A DNA stretch of 53,363 nucleotides. Origin: an uncultured Candidatus Saccharibacteria bacterium. GTDB taxonomy: Bacteria > Patescibacteriota > Minisyncoccia > Phycocordibacterales > UBA12088. Made by a program: the position numbers and the translations under genes. The stretch lies in contig CAZMPG010000001.1 of the NCBI GenBank assembly GCA_964568345.1, positions 1 to 53,363 on the forward strand. Reading direction: 5' to 3'. The stretch's first letter is position 1, and each line of letters opens with the position of its first letter. The notes under the pieces are model-generated. The model saw only the letters and a program-made list of their open reading frames with translations. It had not been told where the DNA came from and did no database searches. This document shows, one piece after another, positions 7,768 to 15,822 of the stretch.

Positions 7768-10116
7768 CTACACCCTCGTAAGCTCTCCCCAATTCTTCCC
7801 GACCGACACCTCTACCGGCAGCGGGACGCCCCGAGTATCTGAAAGTGACAAAACGCCCTGCATGGTCTCACGCACCAATGCAAGCACGCGATTCACACAG
7901 GCATCACGTACCTCGAACATGAGCTCGTCATGTATTTGGCAGGTGAGGAACGCATCACCCAAAAGGCCCCCGTCTTTGAAACCCTGCTCGATGCGCACCA
8001 TTGCTATCTTGATGATGTCCGCCTGCGTTCCCTGGATAGGCGCATTGAGAGCCATCCGCTCTGCGGCCGCTTGCACGTAGGGTAGAGGTGAGCGGATGCC
8101 GGGGAACGACCGCCGCCGCCCGAACCACGTCTCGGTGTACCCGCGACTGTGTACCTCTGCCTTCACCGCTTCGACATACCGTGCGATGCCAGAAAAGCGC
8201 TTGAAGTACTCGACGAGGTATGCCTGTGCCTCCGCCCTGCTCGCGCCGATAGCCTCCGCGAGTGCATGCGCCCCCATGCCGTAGAGGATACCGAAATTGA
8301 TAACCTTCGCACGACGGCGCATCTCTTTATCCACCACGTCTACCGGCACACCGAAAACCTGTGCCGCGACCGCGGTGTGAATGTCCTCACCCGCAGCAAA
8401 GCTTGCGATGAGCTGCTCGTCGCCGGAGAGGAATGCCGCGACCCGGAGCTCTATCTGGCTGTAGTCTGCCGCGAGGAGCGAAAAGCCCTCCGGCGCAACG
8501 ATCGCCCTGCGAATGGCTGCGCCCCGCGTCGTCTTGATGGGGATGTTCTGCATATTGGGGCTCTGGCTCGACATGCGACCGGTCGTGGTACCGGTCTGCG
8601 AGAAGTGCGCATGGAGCCTGCCTTCCGCATCGGCGAGCTTCGGGAGCGTGTCAATGTACGTCGAGAGGAGCTTCTGGAGCTCGCGGTACTCGAGGATGTC
8701 GCCCACGATGGGGTTCCCCGCGGCATACCTGCGAAGCTCGTCCTCCCGGGTCGAGCGCTGCCCGGTCGCGGTCCGCTTCCCCTTCCCCGCGCCGATGCCG
8801 AGGCGATCGAAGAGCACCTCCCCAAGCTGCCGCGGCGAGTTGAGGTTGAACGGCCCGCCGCAAGTGGCGTAGATACGTCCCTCAATCTCCGCGAGGTCCG
8901 CGTGGTAGCGCTTCGAGAGCTGCGCGAGGTACCCACCGTCAAGGAGCATCCCCCGCGCCTCCATTGCTGCCACGACCGGCATGAGCGGGAGCTCGATATC
9001 CTCATACACTCGCATGAGCCCACGCTCCCTAAGCTCCCTGAATACCGTGGCACGTGCCTCCCCAAACGTCGGTACGCCCGCATACTCGAGGAGAGTTTCT
9101 CGCGTCGGGTTCGTCATGTCGCTGTCAACCACCCAGAGCGCGAGGAGTGCACGAGCGAGCTCCTCCGGAGGCTCCGCAGCCTCAGCAACCGACTGCACAC
9201 TCGCTCGCGCGCCACCCACACAGTTCCGCAGGCGCGGCAGGAGGCTCCGAAAGCCGAGCTCCTCGAAGAGCGCACCTGCGCGCGCACCGTCAATCCGCTC
9301 GCGCCATGGCCCGGCGTGGGTAGGGGCATGCACCGGTGCGTCGGTCCGTATGGTCGCAAGCTCCTTGCTGAAGCGCGCCTCATCCTCCCCCTCGGTAAGG
9401 AGGGAGACGATGCGGGGGCGCAGCTTCTTCTCGGCAACCAGCGCAGGATCGCGAAGTGCCTCGTAGATAGCATCGAGCGAACCGAATGCGGTAATGAGCT
9501 CGGTTGCAATCTTTTCCCCAATACCCCGCACCCCGGGTATGTTGTCGCTCGGATCCCCCCGCAGCCCCTTGAAGTCGGCGACGCGCTCGGGGCCGAAGCC
9601 GTACCGGGCACGGACCGCAGCATCGTCGTAGATCACCGTGTCGTTCATCCCTTTCCGGAGCGTGTACACGACGACCCTGGTTCCCTCGACGAGCTGGAGC
9701 GTGTCCATGTCGCCCGAAGCGATGGTGACGCGGTCGCCTGCTTGGGAGAAGGTTCGCGCGAGCGTGCCAAGGATGTCGTCTGCTTCAAAGCCCGGGGCCT
9801 CAAGGAGCGGCACCGCGAGCGCGGCGAGGATATCGCGCGAACGCTCTATCTGGGCAATGAGCTCTTCGTCGATCTTCTGCCGCGTCCCCTTGTACTCTGC
9901 AAACGCTTCGTGTCGGTGGGTCGGCTCTGGCAGGTCGTACGCTGCAATGATGTCGTCCGGCGCGAGCTCGTCGGCGATCTTGAGGATGAAAGCAGCGAGC
10001 CCGTAGAGAGCCCCGGTCGGCTCGCCCGCGGGCGAAGTAAAGCCGGGGAGCGCGTGGTACGCACGATGGAGGATCGCGTGGGTATCGAGGAGTACGATGT
10101 GCCGTTCTCCGCTCAT
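7768..10116 (-). CDS. polA: DNA polymerase I
   Basis: 5' nuclease region (LLDTHAILHRAYHAL...GDPSDNIPGVRGIGEK). Polymerase motifs DYSQIELRV, RRRAKVINFGILYGMG and QIHDELMFE. The ATG at 10116 forms an ATGA overlap with the tsaE stop. Confidence 0.95.
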   Translation of the reverse strand: MSGERHIVLLDTHAILHRAYHALPGFTSPAGEPTGALYGLAAFILKIADELAPDDIIAAYDLPEPTHRHEAFAEYKGTRQKIDEELIAQIERSRDILAALAVPLLEAPGFEADDILGTLARTFSQAGDRVTIASGDMDTLQLVEGTRVVVYTLRKGMNDTVIYDDAAVRARYGFGPERVADFKGLRGDPSDNIPGVRGIGEKIATELITAFGSLDAIYEALRDPALVAEKKLRPRIVSLLTEGEDEARFSKELATIRTDAPVHAPTHAGPWRERIDGARAGALFEELGFRSLLPRLRNCVGGARASVQSVAEAAEPPEELARALLALWVVDSDMTNPTRETLLEYAGVPTFGEARATVFRELRERGLMRVYEDIELPLMPVVAAMEARGMLLDGGYLAQLSKRYHADLAEIEGRIYATCGGPFNLNSPRQLGEVLFDRLGIGAGKGKRTATGQRSTREDELRRYAAGNPIVGDILEYRELQKLLSTYIDTLPKLADAEGRLHAHFSQTGTTTGRMSSQSPNMQNIPIKTTRGAAIRRAIVAPEGFSLLAADYSQIELRVAAFLSGDEQLIASFAAGEDIHTAVAAQVFGVPVDVVDKEMRRRAKVINFGILYGMGAHALAEAIGASRAEAQAYLVEYFKRFSGIARYVEAVKAEVHSRGYTETWFGRRRSFPGIRSPLPYVQAAAERMALNAPIQGTQADIIKIAMVRIEQGFKDGGLLGDAFLTCQIHDELMFEVRDACVNRVLALVRETMQGVLSLSDTRGVPLPVEVSVGKNWGELTRV

Positions 10117-10571
10117 ACGCCACGCTCTACCGTAATCGCACGCGCAGTCTCCCCGATATGGGTAAACGACACCCACACCGCCCGCTCCGGTACCCCGAGC
10201 CCCACCTGCTCCGGCCATTCGATGAGGACGAGGTTCCCCGGGTTAGTTGCAAGCTCGTTCCAGCCTATGGTGCGGAGCTCCTCCTCCCCCGCGAGGCGGT
10301 ACGCGTCAATGTGAACGAGACGCTTCCACGTCCCTCCCTCCGGCAGCTCATAGATCTTCTCGACGACAAACGTCGGGCTCGTCACCACCTCCTCGACGCC
10401 GAGCGCACGCGCCGCGCCCTTCGCGAACACCGTTTTCCCCGCGCCGAGCTCACCCTGGAGCGCTACGATGGTGCTCGTACCGCTCCCCGCAGCCTCGTGG
10501 GCGAGCTCCGCTACGAGGCGGGCTGCGAGCGCTTCTGTCTCCTCGGGGCCCCTGGTCGTCACCTGTTCCAT
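10113..10571 (-). CDS. tsaE: tRNA threonylcarbamoyladenosine biosynthesis protein TsaE
   Basis: LQGELGAGKTVFAKG...VTSPTFVVEKIY...HIDAYRL. Confidence 0.85.
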   Translation of the reverse strand: MEQVTTRGPEETEALAARLVAELAHEAAGSGTSTIVALQGELGAGKTVFAKGAARALGVEEVVTSPTFVVEKIYELPEGGTWKRLVHIDAYRLAGEEELRTIGWNELATNPGNLVLIEWPEQVGLGVPERAVWVSFTHIGETARAITVERGV

Positions 10572-10577
10572 GCTGCC

Positions 10578-10583
10578 AGTATA
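10578..10583 (-). promoter_or_regulatory. -10 hexamer TATACT, 6 nt upstream of the tsaE ATG (leaderless-type promoter)
   Basis: Plus strand reads CAT(10569-10571)GCTGCCAGTATA, so the minus strand reads TATACT-GGCAGC-ATG. Confidence 0.45.
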
Positions 10584-10734
10584 CGGTGGTTAGGAGGGAA
10601 AAGCGAAATGGCGGTCGCCCTCACGCTACCGAGACACATGAGTGCGGTGTATCACCCCACAAAACCCCCAAGAATGGATGGGGCCGTGCGCAAGAAAGCT
10701 GTGGCTCGTGTTGGCTGGTCCGCAAGCGACCTGC

Positions 10735-10740
10735 TACAAT
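10735..10740 (+). promoter_or_regulatory. -10 hexamer TACAAT (extended TGCTACAAT), 6 nt upstream of the PilB-like ATG
   Basis: CTGCTACAAT-AGGCCC-ATG(10747). Confidence 0.45.
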
Positions 10741-10746
10741 AGGCCC

Positions 10747-12405
10747 ATGCCCATTGCATTCGATGAACAGTCCCGCACGAAGCTCGAGGCCATCCGCAAA
10801 CGCGAGGAGGAGGAACTCGTCTCGGTACTCTCGAAGAAGTACGGCATTGGGTATGTGAACCTTGCGGTGACCGCCATCAACACCGACGCGCTCCGTCTCA
10901 TCCCCGAAGAGACCGCGCGGCAAGCGGAAATGGTCGCGTTCCAGCAGGTCTCCCACACGATTACCGTTGGTGTCCGCACACTAAACAATCCCCGTACCCA
11001 GACCGTCATCGCCGAGCTCGAGAACCGTGGCTACAAGGTGGTGCCGGTTATGGTCTCCACCGCATCGCTCGAGAGTGCATGGGGAAGGTACAAGGACATA
11101 TCCTTTGCGGTCGAGACCGAGGCTGGGGTCCTCGACGTCTCGAACGACGTCATCCGCACCCTCGTCGAGAAGCTCACCTCCGTGCAGGCAACCCATGCCG
11201 CCGTCAGCGAGGTGCTCGACATGAAGAAGATATTCCGCATCACGCGCACGCTCGAGGTCACCATCGCCGGCGCACTCGCGAACAAAGCCTCCGACATCCA
11301 CATCGAGCCCGAGGAGCAGCTCGTGCGGATCCGCTTTCGGATTGACGGCGTGCTCGTCGAGATTGTCTCTATTGACCCAGAAACGTACCGCGCGGTACTC
11401 ACGCGAGTGAAGCTCCTTTCGGGCCTCAAGATCAACGTCCACGACGCACAGGATGGGCGCTTCAGTGTCCGCATTGACACCCGCGAGATCGAGATCCGCA
11501 CCTCGGTCCTACCGGGCAACTATGGGGAATCTGTCGTGCTCCGACTCCTCGACCCCTCCTCTATCCGCATCACCCTCGACAAGCTCGGCATGCGTGCGGG
11601 GCTCCGGACGCTCATTGAGCGGGAGATCGCGCGCCCGAACGGCATGATCCTCAACACCGGGCCAACGGGGTCGGGCAAGACGACGACGCTCTACGCATTC
11701 CTCACGAAGCGGTTGAGCCCCGAGGTAAAGATCATCACCATCGAGGACCCCGTCGAGTACCACCTCGCGGGCATCGTACAGACCCAGGTGGACCATAAGG
11801 ACTACACCTTTGCCTCGGGCCTGCGGAGCACGCTGCGGCAGGACCCGGACATCATCATGGTCGGCGAGATCCGCGACGAAGAGGTCGCCTCGACCGCGGT
11901 CAACGCCGCACTCACCGGCCACCTCGTGTTCTCAACCCTCCACACGAACAACGCTGCGGGAGCATTTCCGCGCCTCATTGACCTCGGGGTAGACCCGAGC
12001 GTCATCGGCTCATCGGTCAATGTCGTCATGGCACAGCGCCTCGTGCGGAAGCTCGACCCCGAACACCGAAAGGAGGTCCCCATCGAGGGGGGTGACCGTG
12101 CACTCATCGAGCACATCCTCGGAGGCATCCGCGACCGATCGCTCGTACCGGAAAAGCTCGCCACCATGTGGGTTCCTGACACCGATGAGCCCGGCGCCGG
12201 GTACCACGGCCGCATCGGCGTCTACGAAGCTATCTGTGTGACCCGCGAAATAGAGGATGCGGTCCGCAAGAACCTCACCATACGCGAGATCGAGGATGTT
12301 GCGCGGTCGCAAGACTTTCTCTCGCTCCACGAAGACGCGATACTCCGGGTTCTCGAGGGGGTTACCTCGCTCGACGAGGTCCGCCGCGTCCTCGGGGAGC
12401 CGTGA
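10747..12405 (+). CDS. GspE/PilB family type II/IV secretion (type IV pilus assembly) ATPase
   Basis: N-terminal T2SSE_N-like region (VSVLSKKYGIGYVNL...LRLIPEETARQ). Walker A GPTGSGKTTT, IITIEDPVEY, TGHLVFSTLHTN. Confidence 0.9.
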   Translation: MPIAFDEQSRTKLEAIRKREEEELVSVLSKKYGIGYVNLAVTAINTDALRLIPEETARQAEMVAFQQVSHTITVGVRTLNNPRTQTVIAELENRGYKVVPVMVSTASLESAWGRYKDISFAVETEAGVLDVSNDVIRTLVEKLTSVQATHAAVSEVLDMKKIFRITRTLEVTIAGALANKASDIHIEPEEQLVRIRFRIDGVLVEIVSIDPETYRAVLTRVKLLSGLKINVHDAQDGRFSVRIDTREIEIRTSVLPGNYGESVVLRLLDPSSIRITLDKLGMRAGLRTLIEREIARPNGMILNTGPTGSGKTTTLYAFLTKRLSPEVKIITIEDPVEYHLAGIVQTQVDHKDYTFASGLRSTLRQDPDIIMVGEIRDEEVASTAVNAALTGHLVFSTLHTNNAAGAFPRLIDLGVDPSVIGSSVNVVMAQRLVRKLDPEHRKEVPIEGGDRALIEHILGGIRDRSLVPEKLATMWVPDTDEPGAGYHGRIGVYEAICVTREIEDAVRKNLTIREIEDVARSQDFLSLHEDAILRVLEGVTSLDEVRRVLGEP

Positions 12406-12692
12406 CCTGTTCGTTCACACACGGAAAGGGGAGGTGGGGTGGTGAACCCCCGACATGACACATACAGGAAGGATCCTGATGCGGGTACCTGGCTAAGGAG
12501 TGCCCCAGCATCCCCCACATTCTACGCTCGAGCGCAGCTTCCCCGCTCAAGCAGAGAATGTGGGGGACCCAGGACATCCTCGCGGGGCACCCGTCACCGC
12601 GCAAGCGCGGTTCTGTCATGTCCGGGGTTCAACGACCCACGCATGGGAAGAACGACGTTCCGTACAGACAAGATTAGCATAAACACACACCT

Positions 12693-13700
12693 ATGTCAAC
12701 AGACCCCAGTTCCCGGGAATCTGACCTCTGGCTCGACCGCACCCTCCGCCCGAGCGGGTGGAGCGAGTACATTGGCCAGGAGGGGGTGAAGGAGAACCTC
12801 CGCATCCTCCTTGGCGCAGCACACGAACGCGGCCACGCCCCCGAGCACGTACTCCTCTACGGCCCTCCCGGGCTCGGGAAGACGACGCTCGCGCACCTCG
12901 TCGCCCACGAGCTCGGGGTTGCCATGAAGGTGACCTCGGGCCCCGCCATTGAGCGGGTGGGCGACCTCGCCGCCATTCTCACGAACCTCGGAAAGCGCGA
13001 CATCCTCTTTATTGACGAGATCCACCGCCTCAACAAGACCGTCGAGGAAGTGCTCTACCCCGCGCTCGAAGCGGGGGTGCTCGATATCATTATCGGGAAG
13101 GGGCCGTCGGCGCGCACCATCCAGCTCGAGCTCCCACCCTTTACCCTCATCGGCGCCACGACGCGCATCGCGCTCCTCTCCGCCCCCCTGCGCTCCCGCT
13201 TCTCCGGCGGCGTCTTCCGGCTCGAGTTCTACACAGTGGGGGAGATAACCCGCATCATCGAGCGGTCGGCTGGCATCCTCGAGGTTGCGCTCGACCCCAA
13301 CGTCGCCCGCTCCATCGCGGAGCGGAGCCGCTGCACCCCCCGCACCGCAAACTACCTCCTCAAGCGCTGCCGCGACTACGCGCAGGTCCATAAAGAGGCG
13401 CTCACGGCAGACATTGCCCGCGCAGCGCTCGAGGCCTTGGGCTTCGACACGCTCGGCCTCCAGTACGCCGACCGCATGCTCCTCACCACCATGGCAGACA
13501 AGTTTGCCGGCGGCCCGGTCGGCCTCGCGACGCTCGCCGCAGCGACCGCGGAGGAGGAGGCGACTATCGAGGAGGTGTACGAGCCATTTCTCCTCCGCTC
13601 CGGCCTCATCGAGCGCACACCCCGTGGGCGCGTGGTGACCGCGCTCGGGTACGCGCACCTCGGCCGCCAGGCTCCACCGACGACCCCGACGCTGCTCTAG
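12693..13700 (+). CDS. ruvB: Holliday junction branch migration DNA helicase RuvB
   Basis: [13 protein letters not shown]...[18 protein letters not shown]...LFIDEIHRL...GATTR...[11 protein letters not shown]. Confidence 0.95.
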   Translation: MSTDPSSRESDLWLDRTLRPSGWSEYIGQEGVKENLRILLGAAHERGHAPEHVLLYGPPGLGKTTLAHLVAHELGVAMKVTSGPAIERVGDLAAILTNLGKRDILFIDEIHRLNKTVEEVLYPALEAGVLDIIIGKGPSARTIQLELPPFTLIGATTRIALLSAPLRSRFSGGVFRLEFYTVGEITRIIERSAGILEVALDPNVARSIAERSRCTPRTANYLLKRCRDYAQVHKEALTADIARAALEALGFDTLGLQYADRMLLTTMADKFAGGPVGLATLAAATAEEEATIEEVYEPFLLRSGLIERTPRGRVVTALGYAHLGRQAPPTTPTLL

Positions 13701-13702
13701 AA

Positions 13703-14059
13703 CTACCTGAGAGGCGCGGGGGGCTTGAGCGACCCAATATCACCGTCTACCTTGAAAGTGTCCTGGAGCATCTTCACGAAGCCCCACACCGACACGAAGA
13801 CGAAGAGCGCAATAAGGCTCCAGAGCACCCCTCCCTTCGCATCGCTCTGCGTACCCTCCTTCCCGGCGCGCATGAACTTGATGACGTTCCAGATGAATGC
13901 GATGAGCGCAATGCCGGCGAGAAGCGGTGCGACCTGCCCGAGGAGCGCCACCACTTGCGCGAGTCCGCCCGACACGTAGGTAAAGCTCTGCGCGTGGAGC
14001 GCCGAGAAGGGGGTAAGTGCTGCAAGCAGCGCAAGAATGGTTCTCCAGAATTGCGGCAT
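13703..14059 (-). CDS. Small two-TM membrane protein, T4SS-pilin-like (TrbC/VirB2-type topology)
   Basis: Start at the internal ATG 14059 (MPQFWRTILALLAAL...). Signal-like N-terminus, TM, short charged loop, then a second TM ending LWSLIALFVFVSVWGFVKMLQ. Paralog of the adjacent gene. Confidence 0.5.
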   Translation of the reverse strand: MPQFWRTILALLAALTPFSALHAQSFTYVSGGLAQVVALLGQVAPLLAGIALIAFIWNVIKFMRAGKEGTQSDAKGGVLWSLIALFVFVSVWGFVKMLQDTFKVDGDIGSLKPPAPLR

Positions 14060-14063
14060 GGGT

Positions 14064-14387
14064 TTAGAGGTGCACCCGCTTGAGGGTTTTCGTCGGCGAT
14101 ACGTCGAACATGCCTTGCATGAGCTGCACAAAGCCCCACACCGACACGACGACAAAGAGCCCGACGATGCCCCAGAGCATCTGCTGCCGCCCAAGCACCC
14201 GACGCTCCTTGCTGTCGGCATGGGAGATGAATTGCACCATACCCCACAGGAACACGATGAGCGCGAGCGCCGCGAATACGAGGACGAGCTGCTCAATGAC
14301 CGCGAGTGACTGGGTTGCGGCGGTATCGAGCCAGTTCGCCGATGCGGCGTACGGCACGAGGAGTGCGAGGGCTACCAGGTACTGCAT
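14064..14387 (-). CDS. Small two-TM membrane protein, T4SS-pilin-like, tandem paralog
   Basis: MQYLVALALLVPYAASA signal-like N-terminus. Shares the C-terminal motif LWGIVGLFVVVSVWGFVQLMQ with 13703-14059. Confidence 0.5.
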   Translation of the reverse strand: MQYLVALALLVPYAASANWLDTAATQSLAVIEQLVLVFAALALIVFLWGMVQFISHADSKERRVLGRQQMLWGIVGLFVVVSVWGFVQLMQGMFDVSPTKTLKRVHL

Positions 14388-14471
14388 ACGGTAAGTATAC
14401 CACTCCCCTCATGGACGCAGCACGCGCCCTGCGCACCTTGCGTCACGCCGCCAGGCCGGTATGATACCGGT

Positions 14472-15002
14472 ATGTCCGGACACTCGAAGTGGTCGCAGAT
14501 CAAGCACAAGAAGGCGCTCACCGACGCAAAGCGGAGCAAGGAGTTCGGGAAGATTGCTCGCCTCATCGCGATTGAGTCGAAGCGTGTCGGTGGCGATTCC
14601 TCTGCCCCGTCGCTCAAGGTGCTCATTGAAAAGGCAAAAGCGAGCAACATGCCAAAGGACAACATTGAGCGCGCCATTGCGAAGGGGCGCGGCGGCGACG
14701 TTGGGGAAGCAGAAACCATCCTGTACGAGCTCTACGGCCCAGGCGGCGTCGCACTCCTCGTCGAGACGGCGACCGACAACCGCAACCGCACAAACCAGGA
14801 GCTCAAGCACCTCGTCGGCAAGCTCGGGTACCAGATGGCTGAGCCGGGTTCGGCGAGCTGGGCCTTCCGGAAGGAGGGGCTTGAGTGGGCTCCCACGACG
14901 ACTATTCCCCTATCTGACGCCGACGCAGAGCTCCTCGCGACGCTCGTCGAAGCGCTCGAGGCACACGACGACGTCGAGGTGGTGTACGCAAACGCCGAGT
15001 AG
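14472..15002 (+). CDS. yebC: YebC/PmpR family DNA-binding regulator (short form, 176 aa)
   Basis: MSGHSKWSQIKHKKALTDAKRSKEFGKIAR...LYELYGPGGVALLVETATDNRNRT...DDVEVVYAN. Confidence 0.85.
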   Translation: MSGHSKWSQIKHKKALTDAKRSKEFGKIARLIAIESKRVGGDSSAPSLKVLIEKAKASNMPKDNIERAIAKGRGGDVGEAETILYELYGPGGVALLVETATDNRNRTNQELKHLVGKLGYQMAEPGSASWAFRKEGLEWAPTTTIPLSDADAELLATLVEALEAHDDVEVVYANAE

Positions 15003-15006
15003 CACT

Positions 15007-15483
15007 ATGGTCATCGTCGGCGTTGACCCTGGGTACGGCCGCTGTGGCTTCGCGGTTGTCGCACGCGCGACGCGCGGCGCTGAGACGCTCCTCCACTCTG
15101 AGTGTTTCGTGACCGACGCACACGATCCGTTCAGTACGCGGCTCCTCGCCCTCTCCGACGCATTCCGGGCCCTCCTCACCACACACACCCCCGACCTCGT
15201 CGCGCTCGAGAAGGTGTACTTCACCTCGAACCAGAAGACCGCGATGCGCGTTGCGGAGGTCCGCGGGGCGCTGTCGCTCATCGCCCACGAGCACCGCGTA
15301 CCGATAGCCGAGTACAACCCAAACGAGGTCAAGGTCGCCGTCGCAGGGAGCGGCCGCGCGAGCAAGAAACAGGTCATGGCGATGGTGCCGCGCCTCATCC
15401 GCATCACCAAGGACATCCGCCTCGACGATGAGTTCGACGCTATAGCGATCGCCCTCACCGCAAGCGCGGCGCGGCCAGCGTAG
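15007..15483 (+). CDS. ruvC: Crossover junction endodeoxyribonuclease RuvC
   Basis: MVIVGVDPGYGRCGFAVV...LALEKVYF...GSGRASKKQV...DDEFDAIAIAL. The true start is the ATG at 15007, inside the long ORF 14461-15483. Confidence 0.9.
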   Translation: MVIVGVDPGYGRCGFAVVARATRGAETLLHSECFVTDAHDPFSTRLLALSDAFRALLTTHTPDLVALEKVYFTSNQKTAMRVAEVRGALSLIAHEHRVPIAEYNPNEVKVAVAGSGRASKKQVMAMVPRLIRITKDIRLDDEFDAIAIALTASAARPA

Positions 15484-15572
15484 GACTTATCCACCGAGGG
15501 AAGACTTGAAAAGTGTGCACGGTTTTGCTACTAATAGGGCGTTAGTTATAAGCAGTAATTTGTTTGTGCTGT

Positions 15573-15782
15573 ATGGCAACATACCTTGATGAAGACGTGC
15601 TGCTCGCTCACGTGCGCGCAGAGGAGAGTGAGGAGGAAACGGAGCAGGAACCAAGCGAGCTCGATGATGATGAGCTCGATGATGATGCGGACACCGACGA
15701 TGTAGGCGATGACCTTGCAGATGATGGCTCCGAAGATGACGCGGAAGAGGAGTTCGACGAGGCCGACGAGTCCGAGGAGTAG
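15573..15782 (+). CDS. Hyper-acidic small protein (69 aa), unknown function
   Basis: MATYLDEDVLLAHVRAEESEEETEQEPSELDDDELDDDADTDDVGDDLADDGSEDDAEEEFDEADESEE. Intergenic position with TGCTACTAAT upstream. Competing ORFs are antisense and low-complexity. Confidence 0.4.
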   Translation: MATYLDEDVLLAHVRAEESEEETEQEPSELDDDELDDDADTDDVGDDLADDGSEDDAEEEFDEADESEE

Positions 15783-15810
15783 CACCATCGTCTTTCCCCC
15801 ACGGCGGTGG

Positions 15811-15816
15811 TAGTAT
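15811..15816 (+). promoter_or_regulatory. -10 hexamer TAGTAT, 6 nt upstream of the PBP ATG
   Basis: GGTGGTAGTAT-GGGTAC-ATG(15823). Confidence 0.4.
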
Positions 15817-15822
15817 GGGTAC

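Noticed and set aside
10116-10218. N-terminal extensions in the ORF track for polA, dnaA (to 21486), metK (to 6534), PilB-like (from 10642), ruvC (from 14461), rsmA (to 44368), the Ca-repeat protein (to 42389), rpmH (from 23656) and others.
   Set aside because: The extensions overlap upstream genes or promoters and have low-complexity composition. An internal ATG reproduces the canonical N-terminus of the family and is usually preceded by a -10 hexamer or forms an ATGA overlap.
8149-10314. 721-aa plus-strand ORF, and similar long ORFs such as 19894-21477 (+), 12696-13658 (-), 16483-17814 (-), 1763-2563 (-), 44949-46004 (+), 49922-50920 (+), 29277-30062 (+) and 33069-33716 (+).
   Set aside because: Each is antisense to, or out of frame with, a gene that has unambiguous family motifs (polA, dnaA, ruvB, PBP, murE, uvrD and so on). 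Their translations are Arg/Ala/Pro-rich and low-complexity, as expected for stop-poor alternative frames in GC-rich DNA.
12406-12692. SRP RNA, RNase P RNA or tmRNA in the PilB-ruvB spacer.
   Set aside because: I could not find the signature motifs on either strand: the SRP domain IV GGAA tetraloop with AGCA-type loops, the RNase P GAGGAAAGUCC motif, or the tmRNA tRNA-like ends. It is kept only as an unclassified structured-RNA candidate.
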